From: Octopus vulgaris
Lineage: Eukaryota
Reading direction: 5' to 3'
Length of the DNA stretch: 64,000 nt
Assembly (NCBI GenBank): GCA_951406725.2
Contig: OX597826.1
Location: forward strand, 10,788,001-10,852,000
Shown: positions 41,044 through 54,578 of the stretch, piece after piece
Position numbering within the stretch: the stretch's first letter is position 1
Layout of the letters: each line of letters opens with the position of its first letter
The notes under the pieces: model-generated
Database searches by the model: none
Told to the model about the DNA's origin: nothing
Seen by the model: only the letters and a program-made list of their open reading frames with translations
Position numbers and translations under genes: made by a program

Positions 41044-41738
41044 GAGTGAGAGAGCAGTTCATGCCATCAAAGAGACACTGGGATAAAATATACGAAGCCC
41101 AATATACCCATCATGACTACCCGTCTGATAAGGGTACATCAGGCACATGCATCACAACCATATGTGCGCGACATGGTGATCTCATATCAAGATAAACAGC
41201 ACATGACCTTGCAGGTGGGGCCCAGTTAGAATTTTCTTCGGGTCAAGTAGCCCATCCCGCTCAAAAGGTCCCTGAATAAGGGTTGTTTAAGGATGTTGAA
41301 AGAACCACCCATGTTTCCAGACGTGAATTATTCAAACCCCAAAGAATCCCTCTCAACACATGGCTATGATGCTCCCCCACTACTTCTGCTCGTGATCAGA
41401 GATGCACATATTGTCAGCCACTAAGGGACATGCTCAACTGGTTAAGGTCAAACAACCGACAAGCAAATCTGTGGTATTGAGCAGAATATTTGCTGTAGCC
41501 CATTTTTATACCAAGACAAAACAAAGGGCATCCAGCTGTAGAAACACTGCCAGATCTGACTGGCCTGGTGCAGCCTTCAGGCTTCCCAGACCCCAGTTGA
41601 ACCGTCCAACCCATGCTAGCATGGAAAGCGGACGCTAAACGATGATGATGACTAATTTTTAAAAATGTGAATAAATAAGCATCTCACCTGACAGAGTAAT
41701 GTGAATGCTAAAAAGTTAATAATCAAAGGTGTAATTAC

Positions 41739-41866
41739 CTGTGAAACACCATCTGTGGCATTAGATTTACTTATTGCAATAGGAAGAGGCGGACGAGCAG
41801 GTGGATGATCAGGCCGGGTAGGTTTATCAGAAAAACTGTCATCAGATGCTACAGGGCTGACACGAT
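41739..41866 (-). CDS. SYNJ1: Synaptojanin proline-rich exon (DRVSPVASDDSFSDKPTRPDHPPARPPLPIAISKSNATDGVSQ)
   Basis: tttcag/gtaatt; 128 nt, phase 1-0; PxxP motifs. Confidence 0.85.
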
Positions 41867-42572
41867 CTGAAATAGAAATGAATTTTAGTATAAGTTAAGC
41901 AGAGACAACAACAAGAACAAAAAAAGAAACCTGCTAGAAATAGCAGTCAAATTTCTTCCTGATTACTCCTTACGCCTCATCCTCAAAGAAAGAAGGACAC
42001 AGTGGATTATGCAATCCTAAATACATCTTTTAACTTATATCTTTTACTTGTTTCAGTTATAAGACCGCGGACATGCTGGAGCACTGTTTTAAAGAACTTT
42101 TAGCCAAATGAATTGACACCAGCATTTTGGTTTTTTTCTTTTTTCCAAGCCTGGTCTGTCAATCAGTGGTGGGAGGCACACACATATGATAGGCCTCTTT
42201 CAGTTTCCTACCAAATTCACTCACAGGGTTCTGGTTGGCTTGAGGCTGTAGTAGAAGACACTTGCCCAAGGTGCCAGGCAGTGGGTCTGAACCTGGAACT
42301 ATGTGGTTGGGAAGGAAATTTCTTACCACACACCCATGCTTCTAGAAAATCCCAAAATAAAAAGATGAGCTGGTCAAGGCTGGAACCCTTTTGATCAGAG
42401 TTTACCCACCCTACCTACCATCTCAAAAAAGAAGGGAACATTGGAACATATAGTCCTAGACACAACATGTCTGGAAAGCAAGATAGAATGGGGAGTCAAG
42501 GAAAGATCCAAGCTAATGGAATGGAAATGGTAGATGGACAATTGATGCAAGAAAGGAAGAATGTCTTCTTAC

Positions 42573-42665
42573 CAGAAGATGGTGTGCTTGACCGGGACCA
42601 TGTAGGTAGGGATGGAACGGATAATATTAAGTCTTGTGGTTCTACAACATCAAAATCAACATTTC
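42573..42665 (-). CDS. SYNJ1: Synaptojanin exon (GNVDFDVVEPQDLILSVPSLPTWSRSSTPSS)
   Basis: Strong polypyrimidine acceptor, gtaag donor, open frame; 93 nt, phase 1-1. Confidence 0.82.
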
Positions 42666-43507
42666 CTGGGAAAAAAAAAAAGGAAATGAAAAAAAAAACA
42701 GATTATTGATACTAAAATACATAAAAAAAAACTATATACAGGTGCAGTTGTGCCGGTGAGGTAAGAAGCCTGCTAAGAAGACGGTGAGCTGGCAGAAACA
42801 TTAGCACGCCGGACGAAATGCTTTGTGGTATTTTGTCCGCTGCTGTGTTCTGAGTTCAAATTTCGCTGAGGTCGACTTTGCCTTTCATCCTTTCGAAGAC
42901 AATAAATTAAGTACCAGTCATGCACTGGGATCGATGTAATCAATTTAATCCCTTTGTCTGTCCTTGTTTGTCCCCTCTATGTTTAGCCCCTTGTGGGCAA
43001 TAAAGAAATAAGAAGCCTGCTTTCTAACAACATGGTTCAGATCCACTGTCTGACACCTTGGGCAAGTGTCTTCCACTATAGCCTTAAACCAACCAAGGTC
43101 ATGTGGGGGGATTTGGTAGATGGAAACTGAAAGAAGCCCATCGTGTGTGTGTGTGTTTGTATGTTTCTAGGTAGATGTTTTGGGCACTGTGAAAACCTAT
43201 TTTTACCTCTGGGAAGAGGTGGTCCCTATTAATCTAGCCTTTATCCTTTGCCTTGTCCAGCATAAGAGGCTCTACCAGAAACTTGTGCCCCACTGGTACA
43301 GCTCTGAGGGTCATTTAGGCATGCAAGCCACCATATCACAACAAAGACTGGATCTTGTGGTGGTTGTATGTTAAAGGCAAAGTTCTGGTTGGTTAGCTTC
43401 TCTGGTTGTGTATAGACGATAGCGAGATACAGAGATGGCGTGAGGGAGGCTGAGTGAATAAATACAGGGGTTTTTTTGTTTTTCTTTTTATCATGGCTTG
43501 TGAACGA

Positions 43508-43727
43508 TTAACCCTTTGGCATTTCAACAACTGGCCATATCCAGCCAAAATAGTCTACCAGCTTTGGTTAAATCTGGTCCCTCACACCTACCCTACAATG
43601 TCATTCTCAAGATAAACGATTACATCTTCAAAATCTTGAAGCTTCAAGATAATTCATGATTTATTCAAAACATGGGGGACAAATAAGCATGACTTTTGAC
43701 AAAGTAATCTGAATGCTGAAGGGTTAA
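43508..43727. mobile_element. piggyBac-type MITE (TTAA CCCTT...AAGGG TTAA); related copies near 4219, 4526-5521, 15303, 16810
   Basis: TTAA TSD, CCC/GGG termini, shared internal sequence among copies. Confidence 0.72.
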
Positions 43728-44476
43728 AATGATGATGGTAAAGCCATGTGATATTAGGGGTCACAGTCATGGTGGTGACCACAACACCGTTACTAGAGGT
43801 AACATTGACAGAAGTGATGATGATGATGATGATGATGATAATGATAAAGAGATGATGATGATGATATCTACAGTAAACTAATTACCTATTTCTTTACTAT
43901 CCACAAGGGGCTAAACACAGAGAGGACAAACAAGGACAGACAAACGGATTAAGTCGATTATATTGACCCCAGTGCGTAACTGGTACTTAATTTATCGACC
44001 CCGAAAGGATGAAAGGTAAAGTCGACCTTGGCGGAATTTGAACTCAGAATGTAGCGGCAGACGAAATAACACTAAGCATTTCGCCCGGCGTGCTAACACT
44101 TCTGCCAGCTCACCACCTTTTTTTTTTCTTTTCTCTCTTTGATAAATTCTTGTTATTTTTTCGCATTTCGTACCATTGCATCATCTTTGGAAGTAAAATT
44201 TGGTCAATATGTGTTTCTTTATTACCCACAAGGGGCTAAACATAGAGGGGACAAACAAGGACAGACAAACGGATTAAGTCTATTACATCAACCCCAGTGC
44301 GTAACTGGTACTTATTTAATCAACCCCGAAAGGATGAAAGGCAAAGTCGACCTTGGCGGAATTTGAACTCAGAACGTAACGACAGACGAAATACGGCTAC
44401 GCATTTCGCCCGGCGTGCTAACAGTTCTGCCAGCACGCCGCCTAACACAGTAAACTATCTACAGTAGACTAATTAC

Positions 44477-44636
44477 CTTCTAACAAAAATTCAGTGTGGA
44501 AATCATCGCCCAGCAGGTTACTAATAACTGGCTTGTATAATGCTTCGGCATTGGCATAGCACATTTCTATTTCTCTCCACAGAGTCGTGTTCCAATTGGG
44601 ATTCTTCAGTTTGGCTTTTAAAATATGACCTTCCAT
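44477..44636 (-). CDS. SYNJ1: Synaptojanin exon (MEGHILKAKLKNPNWNTTLWREIEMC...NLLGDDFHTEFLLE)
   Basis: LKxPxW and LLGxD resemble the end of DUF1866; tttag/gtaatt; 160 nt, phase 0-1. Confidence 0.9.
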
Positions 44637-44874
44637 CTAAAAATGACAGAACACAGTATTACTATTAAACACATACACACACAGATATATATACATTTGA
44701 AGTCACTACTTCTCCAAATATGCCTAGACAGAAATTACATAATTCACGATAATTAATTTTCTTTAATCATAATTCCTCATGATTAAGACTACTGTTATGC
44801 GATGTCAAATAATCTACTTGTCAACAACATAATGCAGATATTATTATTATTATTATATTATTTTATATACATAC

Positions 44875-44953
44875 CATTTTACGATCATAATCAAGAGCCT
44901 TCAAACAACTTTTCCCATCTTTATAAACCAACCATAAAGTGTTCTTGACAAAT
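44875..44953 (-). CDS. SYNJ1: Synaptojanin exon (FVKNTLWLVYKDGKSCLKALDYDRKM)
   Basis: Resembles vertebrate [20 protein letters not shown]; cacag/gtatgt; 79 nt, phase 2-0. Confidence 0.9.
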
Positions 44954-45431
44954 CTGTGAATAAATTAAGCAAAAACATATTTAAAACAAGCATCTTTCGT
45001 CTTTGACCTGTACCTTTTTTTGTTCAATTTACTCTTGTTTTTTTTCCTAAACTACCTTCAGATATTAGTACAACACATATATGTGTGTCATCATCATCAT
45101 CGGAAAGCGGACGCTAAACGATGATGATGATGATGATGATGATGACACACATATATATATATTCAAGAAAAACATAACTAAATGTATATTGGTGTTATAT
45201 ATATGTATTATTCTTTTACTTGCTTCAGTCATTTGACTGTGGCCATGCTGGAGCATCGCCTTTAGTCAACCAAATCGACCTCAGGACTTATTCTTTGTAA
45301 GCCTAGTACTTATTCTATTGGTCTTTTTTGCTGAACCGCTAGGTTACAGGCACGTAAACACACCAGCATCGGTTGTCAAGTAATGGAGGGACAAACACAG
45401 ACACACAATCATACACACATGCATACATATA

Positions 45432-45485
<54 letters not shown>

Positions 45486-47947
45486 ACAGGCTTCTTTCAG
45501 TGTCTGTCTACCAAATTCATTCACAAGGCTTTGGTTGGCCCAAAGCTATAGTAGAAGACACTTGCCCAAGGAGCCATGCAGTGGGACTGAACCTGGAACC
45601 ATGTGGTTGGTAAGTAAGCTACTTACCACACAGCCACTCATATATATATAAAATATGTGTGTGTATGTGCATTGATTAACTTTTCATCACACACCTAGTT
45701 GGGGTCTCTCCCTTCCACAGGTTCCATCATTTGTAACTGATAGGCATTTCTATATATAGCTGTCCCTTTATCCATATATATCACGAGACTAAACCAATTT
45801 AGTCTTCCTTCATACTACATCCAGTTCCTTTTATACCCAGTTTTTCTCTCAACATGTGTGCACTTTATTCACATCATCATCATCAACAACATTTAATGTC
45901 CGTTTTCCATGCTGGCATGGAAAACTGGCAGCTTGACAGGAACTGGCAAGACCAGGAGTTGCACCAAGTTCCACAGTCTGTTTTGGCTTGGTTCCTATAG
46001 CTGGATGCTCTTCCAAATGCCAACCACTTCATAGAGAGTGTACTGGATTCTTTTTGCATGGCACCAGCATCAGAGCTTTTTCTGTGACACCAGCACCAGT
46101 GCTTTTTACGTGGAACCAGAAACCACACCAATGCTTTTTACATGGTACCTTGGTTTCAGGATCTCAGTTCTGTTGTGGTGGGCAAGTCGTTGATATTGCA
46201 CACTCATTGAAGCATTCATTTTTGGAAGGGTTTCTGCATTAAGGGCCCACACCTTATAGCTTTTGATTTTAATGGACATGATGAGCAACACTACAATGGC
46301 TATTCTGTTGTATGTGGGGGCTAAGTTTATGGTACACAGAATGAAGAAGGATCTAAGTCATGAGACATAATAGACATCACTAGACAGACTTCTCCCCAAC
46401 AACACTACACAAATTACAAAGCCTTTAGTGATTGCTAATCAGAATGGTTAGTGCTATGAGATATTTTCACCATTTTTCGTTCTGTTCTGATGAATAAAAA
46501 AATAAAAAATTGAGTAATGCAGAAATTAGATAAAAAAGAGAAAAGACAGATGTGGTTGTGGGGTTAAGAAGCTTGCTTTGCAGACACTTGCTTTTGGTTT
46601 CAGTCCCACCGTGTAGCACCTTGGGCAAGTGTCTTCTACTATAGACCTGGGATGACCAGTACCTTGTGAGTGGATTTGGCACATGAAAACTGTTGTGTGT
46701 GTGTGTGTGTGTGTATGTGGTTTAGTGGTTAGGAATATTCAGCTCATGATCATAAGGTCATGGGTGTGATTCCCAGTGGCACATTGTCTCCTTGAGCAAG
46801 ACACTTTATTTCATGTTGCTCCAGTCCACTGAGCTGGCAGAAACGAATTGTACCTGTGATTCAAAGGGCCAACAATGTCAACATTCTGTCTCATGCTGAA
46901 TCTCCCTGAGAAGTATATTAAGGGTACATATGTCTCTGGAGTACTCAGCCACTTGCCAATTAATTTCATGAGCAGGCAGTTCCATGGATTGGATTAACTG
47001 GAACCTTTGTTGTTACAACTGACGACATGCCAGTTATGTACGTATGTATTCATCTATGTGTGTGTGTGTGTCTGTTTACATCACTGCAACTTAGCAGTTT
47101 GGCAAAAAGAGACAGACGGAACAAGTACCATACTTTAAAAGAAATAAGTACTGGAGCTTCAAGGTGGTACCCCAGAATGGCACCAGTCTCATGACAGAAA
47201 CAAGTAAAAGATAAAAGACGAAAGATTCCTTCAATCTTCACCGTTATTTTTATCATTGTTTGTTGGCCTCCAAAATGAGGAAAGGCAAAACTGGCATTGA
47301 CAGGATTAGAACTCACAGTGCTGACCCATTCGATCAGAAATGATAATGGCACAGTTTACTGCCATTATAATTCAACACAAAAAGTTGGCAAGCTGGCCAA
47401 ATCATTTGCATACTAAACAAAATGCTTGGTTGCATTTCTTCTAGTTTTGCATTCTGAGTTCTGTCTGCCAAGGTCAACTTTGCCATAAGGTGGCGAGCTG
47501 GCAGAAATGTTAGCAAGCCAGGCGAAATGCGTAGTGGTATTTCGTCTCTCTTTATGTTCTGAGTTCAAATTCCACCGAGGTCGACTTTGCCTTTCATCCT
47601 TTCATGGTCGATAAGTACCAGTTACGCACTGTGGTCAATGTAATCGACTTAATCCCTTTGTCTGCCCTTGTTTGTCTCCTCTGTGTTTAGCCCCTTGTGG
47701 GCAATAAAGAAATAAGGTCAACTTTGCCTTTCATCCTTTCAGGGTCGATAAGTACCAGTTACGCACTGGGGTCGATGTAATCGACTTAATCCTTTTGTCT
47801 GCCCTTGTTTGTCCCCTTGTGGGTAATAAAGAAATAAGGTCGACTTTGCTTTTCATCCAATGACTGAAACAGGTAAAGAGAAAGGAAGGAAGATGCCACA
47901 AAGAAAGGTAAAACAATTTTGCTGTAATGTTGTGTAATGATATTTAC

Positions 47948-48151
47948 CTGACCAGTAAGATTTCTCCGCATTCGGAAAACAGTGATATAATCTGGTCAAC
48001 TAAAGTCTCTGCAAACATGTCAATGGTTTCTGATGATATAATAATAGTGCCATCAGGTGGGCCATGGGTGGCTATCACATCTTTTATAACTGTGTTCTTT
48101 TTTTCTTCATCTACTTTCTGATAATCAATGTCAAATAAGGCAATAACGGGT
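47948..48151 (-). CDS. SYNJ1: Synaptojanin exon, start of DUF1866/RRM-like domain (RPVIALFDID...GPPDGTI...GEILLVR)
   Basis: GPPDGT motif typical of synaptojanins; ttgcag/gtaaat; 204 nt, phase 2-2. Confidence 0.95.
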
Positions 48152-48231
48152 CTGCAAAGTTGAAAATTAAAAAGAGTATTAAGGTTTGCACAAAGCATTG
48201 TCTGATACATACATACATATATATATATATA

Positions 48232-48440
48232 GTAAATCCAAACATGAAAACACAAAGAGAAAACACAACAACGCAAGGACGTGGAACAAGTATGGTATTA
48301 TTGGATGCTCAGGAAAGAAGGAGGGTTTAACGTTTTGAGCAGAGCTCTTCGTCAGAAACATAGGAAAAGGAAAGATCCAAAGAAGGGAAGACGGAGGAAA
48401 AAAATCGCCAACGGTACACACGCGGTCACATTTTGCATGA
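48232..48440 (-). mobile_element. Penelope pLTR-like remnant, same family as 40001-40370; hammerhead core mutated (GAAA>AAAA)
   Basis: Similar to 40165-40370; (TA)n on both sides. Confidence 0.6.
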
Positions 48441-48630
48441 TATATATATATATATATATATTATAAAATGAGATAGGGGTTGAAAATTCAACCCACCATG
48501 GGATAATATATATCCAATATACTGCTAGATAGGTACCCAACAAAATTAATACATAGATGTTAGAAATTGTCAAGCAATCAGTTCATCTATTGTATTAAAT
48601 GGGTAAGGGTAATAATATTACCGTAAATTA

Positions 48631-49286
48631 ATACTACAAAATTAGAGAATGGAGAAACATACTTAAATCAATAAAACATCAACTATCCGATGATACTCAA
48701 TCCATACTTTAATACACCATTACATAGGAGTAAAGGCAATATATAAAATGAAATGAGATATACAGTAATAGTAAAAGTAAAAAGATAAAGAGATATAAGT
48801 AAAAAATTACAAATATAATATGCAAATAAATCAAAACTGACAGCTGTTTCGGCAGTGAGGACAGTCATACCTCATTTAACCTATAAGCCATAAAGGCAGG
48901 TATAAATGAGGCATTAACAAAGATGCCCCACGGCCTCTTCAGAGAATTAAATTAAATTTGTTATAATAGTGAAAAATATTATATAATCATATACATATAA
49001 ATATAAAAATATAAAAAAGTAAAATATAAAAACTTATACATCATAATGCTACACTTGTATAATATAATACACATTTGTACAAAAAGGAAGGTAACCAGAA
49101 CAAAATAAAACAAAATATATAACAGTGTATATATAATATTAATAAGTACCGATATCATACATATTTAGCTAATAGTTTTTTTTAATAAAAAAAGGGCTAA
49201 CACATATGGAGATGAAAAATAATAATAATTAAATCCGTGGTACAGTTCATAAAATTCTAAAGCTATAAAAGTTAATAAAAATTACT

Positions 49287-49320
<34 letters not shown>

Positions 49321-50538
49321 GTAATAATAATAAAAAATAATAAAAATAGATACAGTTAAGTTATCACCAAGTCCATCCTTCCAAGATCGAAATAACTATG
49401 AGTTAAGAAATGCTGACCACTAGGTAAAGAAAATTTAGATTAATTCGATTGGCTATTGGTTTGAAATTTAAATCACAAAAGAAAATTATACGGTTGGTTA
49501 GTCAGGGAACGCCAATATTCACACACGCATCTACAGATCAATCGCACATACACACATAGTTATATGTATATACATACACTTATACATATACATAATCATA
49601 AGCAACAACTAACACTTAGATAAACAAATAGGGAAGCAACCATGCTAACACTAAGTCCTTCAAAATTATAACTGAGCCTCAATAACAAAAAAAGAACCAT
49701 CCATGCATTCTATAAAATATTTAATTAAGATATAAATGTATTTTTAAATATCAGTATGTTACTAATTCAGATAATTATTTCATGGGTAACTTAAAATTTA
49801 TAACACCGGTTTGTTGCAGAGTAAACATACGGTTGTTAGGTTTATCGTAAGTTTGTTATGATTTTAAGTACGCTAAATTATAAAATATAAAATATAAAAT
49901 ATATTAATTTAAATATTATAAATAAGTCACTTATTAACTTAATAAATATAGTGCCAAAATATACCAGTTTAGGCAATAAAAAATAGAGGGGGAAGTATTA
50001 ATGTAAACGCTTATGAGAACATCACAGAAATTTTAAATAAATTTTATATTATAAAGACTTAAGATGAAAAGAGATAAAATAAATAAAAAGGAATAAATAC
50101 GAAGGAATAAATACGGTTATACACATAATTATAAGTACAAACTAGTATATATGTATTCATATATTATTAAAATTAAATAAAAATAAATGATAGATATGTA
50201 TGTATAAAACTACACCAGTATAAGTAAATAAGTAAAGAATAAATAGGTAACAAATTAAATGACTTGATATGTATGTAAACATCCACACTTAAATAGGCAA
50301 ATAAATAAATAAATAGAAGACTAGATGCAAATATTGATAATATTACAATAAAATGGGAAATAAATAAAAATAAATAAAGTGAATATATATATTTTATATT
50401 GTTGAAAGTAAATATGTATGGAAGGATAGTTTAAAGTACAGATCCAGAGGACTATAGATATAAACTAAATATATGAGGCTGGTAACAATTATAAAGCAAA
50501 ATGCATGTAAATGAGAAAATGAAAAAAATGAAAAAGGT
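48631..50538. repeat. Left arm of 1908-bp inverted repeat (partner 53327-55234)
   Basis: Reverse-complement match confirmed at both ends and many internal points; about nine substitutions noticed; equal arm lengths. Confidence 0.95.
48831..48950 (-). ncRNA. Type I hammerhead ribozyme in the Penelope 3' region (sense to the ORF and to the host gene)
   Basis: CUGAAGA - GGC/GCC stem II with 85-nt branched domain - GAAA - palindromic ACAGCUGU stem III - UC; stem I short and imperfect. Confidence 0.75.
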
Positions 50539-51053
50539 TTATCAGTGAATAGCATAAGATACAAATTAAGGTGAGTACAAAAAGACCAAATATATAATAA
50601 AAACCTTCCAAATCAGCACATACAAAAAACCCATAATCTCAACCTAAACCCACCAAACTCACAAAAGGCTCTCATATATTACATATTATACAATATCATT
50701 ACATTATCCAGAGCTAGGTATCTAACCAAGATATACATATATACTTTGCAATATACTATGCAATATTGGAAAACTTCAAAAATCACACATTACAAGGCAA
50801 ATACCAAAATGAATATGTTATTTTATGTCATATTGCATTTCTCTTAAAAAAACAAAACAAACAAAAACCCACATACAAAAACCAAGAAACCAATAATACT
50901 AGACACATCCAATTAGTTATTATACAAATGTAGCTATAAAAATTATAAAATTATGAAATTTATAAATTGTATACTTTAGAATTATAGAAGACCACAGGTA
51001 TATTTAGTTAAAGAAGGGAATTAAAAAATTGATAATAGTGGAAGTGCTAAGTT

Positions 51054-53326
51054 CTATTTGAATCTAGAAAAGGTGAACGGTAGCCTATGAATACAAAAGA
51101 AGTTTTTCTCATTAATGTTGTTAATAATTTGCCGACCCGCTTTAATAATGAAGAAAATTTCATTAATACATAGAGAGCATTTTTTATTTTTTCCATTATA
51201 CACAGGTGCTGAAGTTAGTATTTTCCAGTTTAATCTAAAATCTAAGTTCTTACTTTTAAGTTCCCAAATATATGCACTTAGCCCTGTAGAGTACATTCTA
51301 TTTTTATTCCTAAAAGTATATCTATGATAATTCCATCTTTGTTTTATGCTATTCATAGTTGCCCCGATATACACTCTACTACTCAATTGTGTATCTACAG
51401 TGCATTGGTAAACTACCTCCTTCCTGAGGCATTGATTACCAAATACACATTTATTTTTATTTCTGCAATTACAAAGATTAACAGAATGAGGAAATCTAAG
51501 ATTGGACACCACCCCTATACTACTATTCACATTATAAGTGTTACAATTGTTATCATCATCCAAACCCAAAATCAACGAATGAGTTAATTCCACATTATCG
51601 GCTATATTCCTATCACTAGTACTAGTATTGGTAGTAGTGGTATGATCTATTACATTTATATTATCTCTGACAGGTATGGTGCACTCATTATTAGTAAGGA
51701 GGTTGCTCCCATTTGTTCCAAGAAAATTTCTATTCCTATTATTAATGAAGAGGGGCAAGTTTTCCTGGTCTAAATTCAATTTTCTATCCTTATAGAAGTG
51801 ATCCAGTTTCTTGTTATTAAAAGAGGAGATGATGGTGGCTAGATTATGAGTAATGCTATATCCCACTCTAACAGTACCGTTGTTAATTAAAGGACTAAAT
51901 TTATTCCTATCCTTACCAAAATGCCTAAAAATAATATTATGCAAAGCTCTCACTATGTTTGTTTTAATCTGCATTGCATACGGGATAATCAACCAAAGAG
52001 TATCCTTATCAGAATTAGGATTGCCTATAGAATTAATGTTATTTGTAAAAATCCTATTCGTAGACCAACTCATAGGATTACTATTCTTACCACTGTCATT
52101 GTTATATCTATCTATATCAATATTACCATGGTTATTGCGCAAGTAAACTTTACCATTATCATGTCTACCATAAGTTTTAATTCGTATATTATTATTAATA
52201 TTACTACTATTACTCGTATGTTTAGATCTATTTGAGCTACCGTTCACCTTTCCAAGGTTAACGTCACTTCTACATTTATTATAGGTGTTATCATATATTC
52301 TATTTTTACTATTCTTATGTATATTGTTGATTATCCTAAATCTATTTGTGTTGTTCTTGATAGTTCTACCTCCATTAGGGGGTTCCCCTTAGGTATAAAC
52401 CAAATCTTACTTTTATATCCTGCCTTAAGTAATGCTGCATTGTATCTATCACAGTGTTTGTTAAAAATTTCCTCGTTTGAGGATAAACTAGAAATTCTTT
52501 GACTAATGCTACGCACTAGTGCATTTTTAATTTGAGGGGGTGATTACTAGAACGGTTAATGTATATTAGGTTAGAATTAGGTTTAATATAGGGTTCATGT
52601 AAACCATTAGTAATGTTACAATTAACATCTAAATAATTAGCAGAATAATTTTCACTTTCAATGATAATGGATAGGCCGAAGCTTTTAAAAAATTTGTTTA
52701 TTCTTTTTTTCAGAAGATCTAATCTCCTATTTGATGTATTCCTAACACAAAATAAGGCGTCATCCCTGTATAATCCGCCTTTTAATTCAGGGAATTCCCT
52801 ACTAAAGTTATCTAATAGATACATCCCAACTAGATCAGTCACCTCCGCTGAGTCCGGCGATCCCATTGTGATATCGAACAAGTTGGGTGTGTCCTTTCTA
52901 GCCCAAAGTTTATTATCAAACTCTATTAAAGTTTTCCTGGCTGTTAGTATAACCTTAATCTCCCCCATACTTAATTTAGTGTGTTTTCTAGCAAAAATTA
53001 AGGACTTATTTAATATAATAGGGTTAATTGAAGTGTAATAATTCTGTATATCGAATTGTATAAATTTATTTCTATTATAGCTAAAGTTGTTACTGTCACA
53101 GACCTTAATGGCAGAAAACCAATCCAAAGCACCCTGAGTATTCTTCCAAAGGTTTAGTTTGATTTTATTGCGGATGGTGGGTAGATATTTATCTAGAATG
53201 AGTTTACTTAGTCTGCCTAAGTCAGATTTAGTGGGGCAAATTAATCTGACCTGTGTGTTTCCAAGAAAATTCTCTTTATGATCCTTTAGTGTAATTCTCG
53301 GTCTGGATGGGGTGTAGGGTTCCGTT
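51054..53326 (-). pseudogene. Penelope-like RT / GIY-YIG polyprotein, N-terminally truncated, two 1-nt frameshifts
   Basis: ITLKDHKENF, RLICPTKSDLGRLSK, FDIQNYYTSI, MGSPDS, GLYRDD, YLDV, SNHP; then CNCx5C, VVY...YIG, CSLC, CIH; frame breaks at G5 runs 52536-52540 and 52378-52382. Confidence 0.9.
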
Positions 53327-54544
53327 ACCTTTTTCATTTTTTTCATTTTCTCATTTACATGCATTTTGCTTTATAATTGTTACCAGCCTCATATATTTAG
53401 TTTATATCTATAGTCCTCTGGATCTGTACTTTAAACTATCCTTCCATACATATTTACTTTCAACAATATAAAATATATATATTCACTTTATTTATTTTTA
53501 TTTATTTCCCATTTTATTGTAATATTATCAATATTTGCATCTAGTCTTCTATTTATTTATTTATTTGCCTATTTAAGTGTGGATGTTTACATACATATCA
53601 AGTCATTTAATTTGTTACCTATTTATTTTTTACTTATTTACTTATACTGGTGTAGTTTTATACATACATATCTATCATTTATTTTTATTTAATTTTAATA
53701 ATATATGAATACATATATACTAGTTTGTACTTATAATTATGTGTATAACCGTATTTATTCCTTCGTATTTATTCCTTTTTATTTATTTTATCTCTTTTCA
53801 TCTTAAGTCTTTATAATATAAAATTTATTTAAAATTTCTGTGATGTTCTCATAAGCGTTTACATTAATACTTCCCCTTCTATTTTTTATTGCCTAAACTG
53901 GTATATTATGGCACTATATTTATTAAGTTAATAAGTGACTTATTTATAATATTTAAATTAATATATTTTATATTTTATATTTTATAATTTAGCGTACTTA
54001 AAATCATAACAAACTTACGATAAACCTAACAACCGTATGTTTACTCTGCAACAAACCGGTGTTATAAATTTTAAGTTACCCATGAAATAATTATCTGAAT
54101 TAGTAACATACTGATATTTAAAAATATATTTATATCTTAATTAAATATTTTATAGAATGCATGGATGGTTCTTTTTTTGTTATTGAGGCTCAGTTATAAT
54201 TTTGAAGGACTTAGTGTTAGCATGGTTGCTTCCCTATTTGTTTATCTAAGTGTTAGCTGTTGCTTATGATTATGTATATGTATAAGTGTATGTATATACA
54301 TATAACTATGTGTGTATGTGCGATTGATCTGTAGATGCGTGTGTGAATATTGGCGTTCCCTGACTAACCAACCGTATAATTTTCTTTTGTGATTTAAATT
54401 TCAAACCAATAGCCAATCGAATTAATCTAAATTTTCTTTACCTAGTGGTCAGCATTTCTTAACTCATAGTTATTTCGATCTTGGAAGGATGGACTTGGTG
54501 CTAACTTAACTGTATCTATTTTTATTATTTTTTATTATTATTAC

Positions 54545-54578
<34 letters not shown>

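Noticed and set aside
48683-48868. Identical 61-aa hydrophobic ORF in both inverted-repeat arms
   Set aside because: Identity follows from the repeat; AT-rich UTR sequence overlapping the ribozyme, with no coding evidence
51054-53326. Selenoprotein-type Naiad (in-frame UGA plus SECIS)
   Set aside because: No in-frame TGA in the reconstructed frame; all zinc-ligand positions are Cys
53327-53364. Start codon and N-terminus MHVNEKMKKMKK of the RT ORF
   Set aside because: Lies within the inverted-repeat arm; fortuitous fusion at the truncation junction
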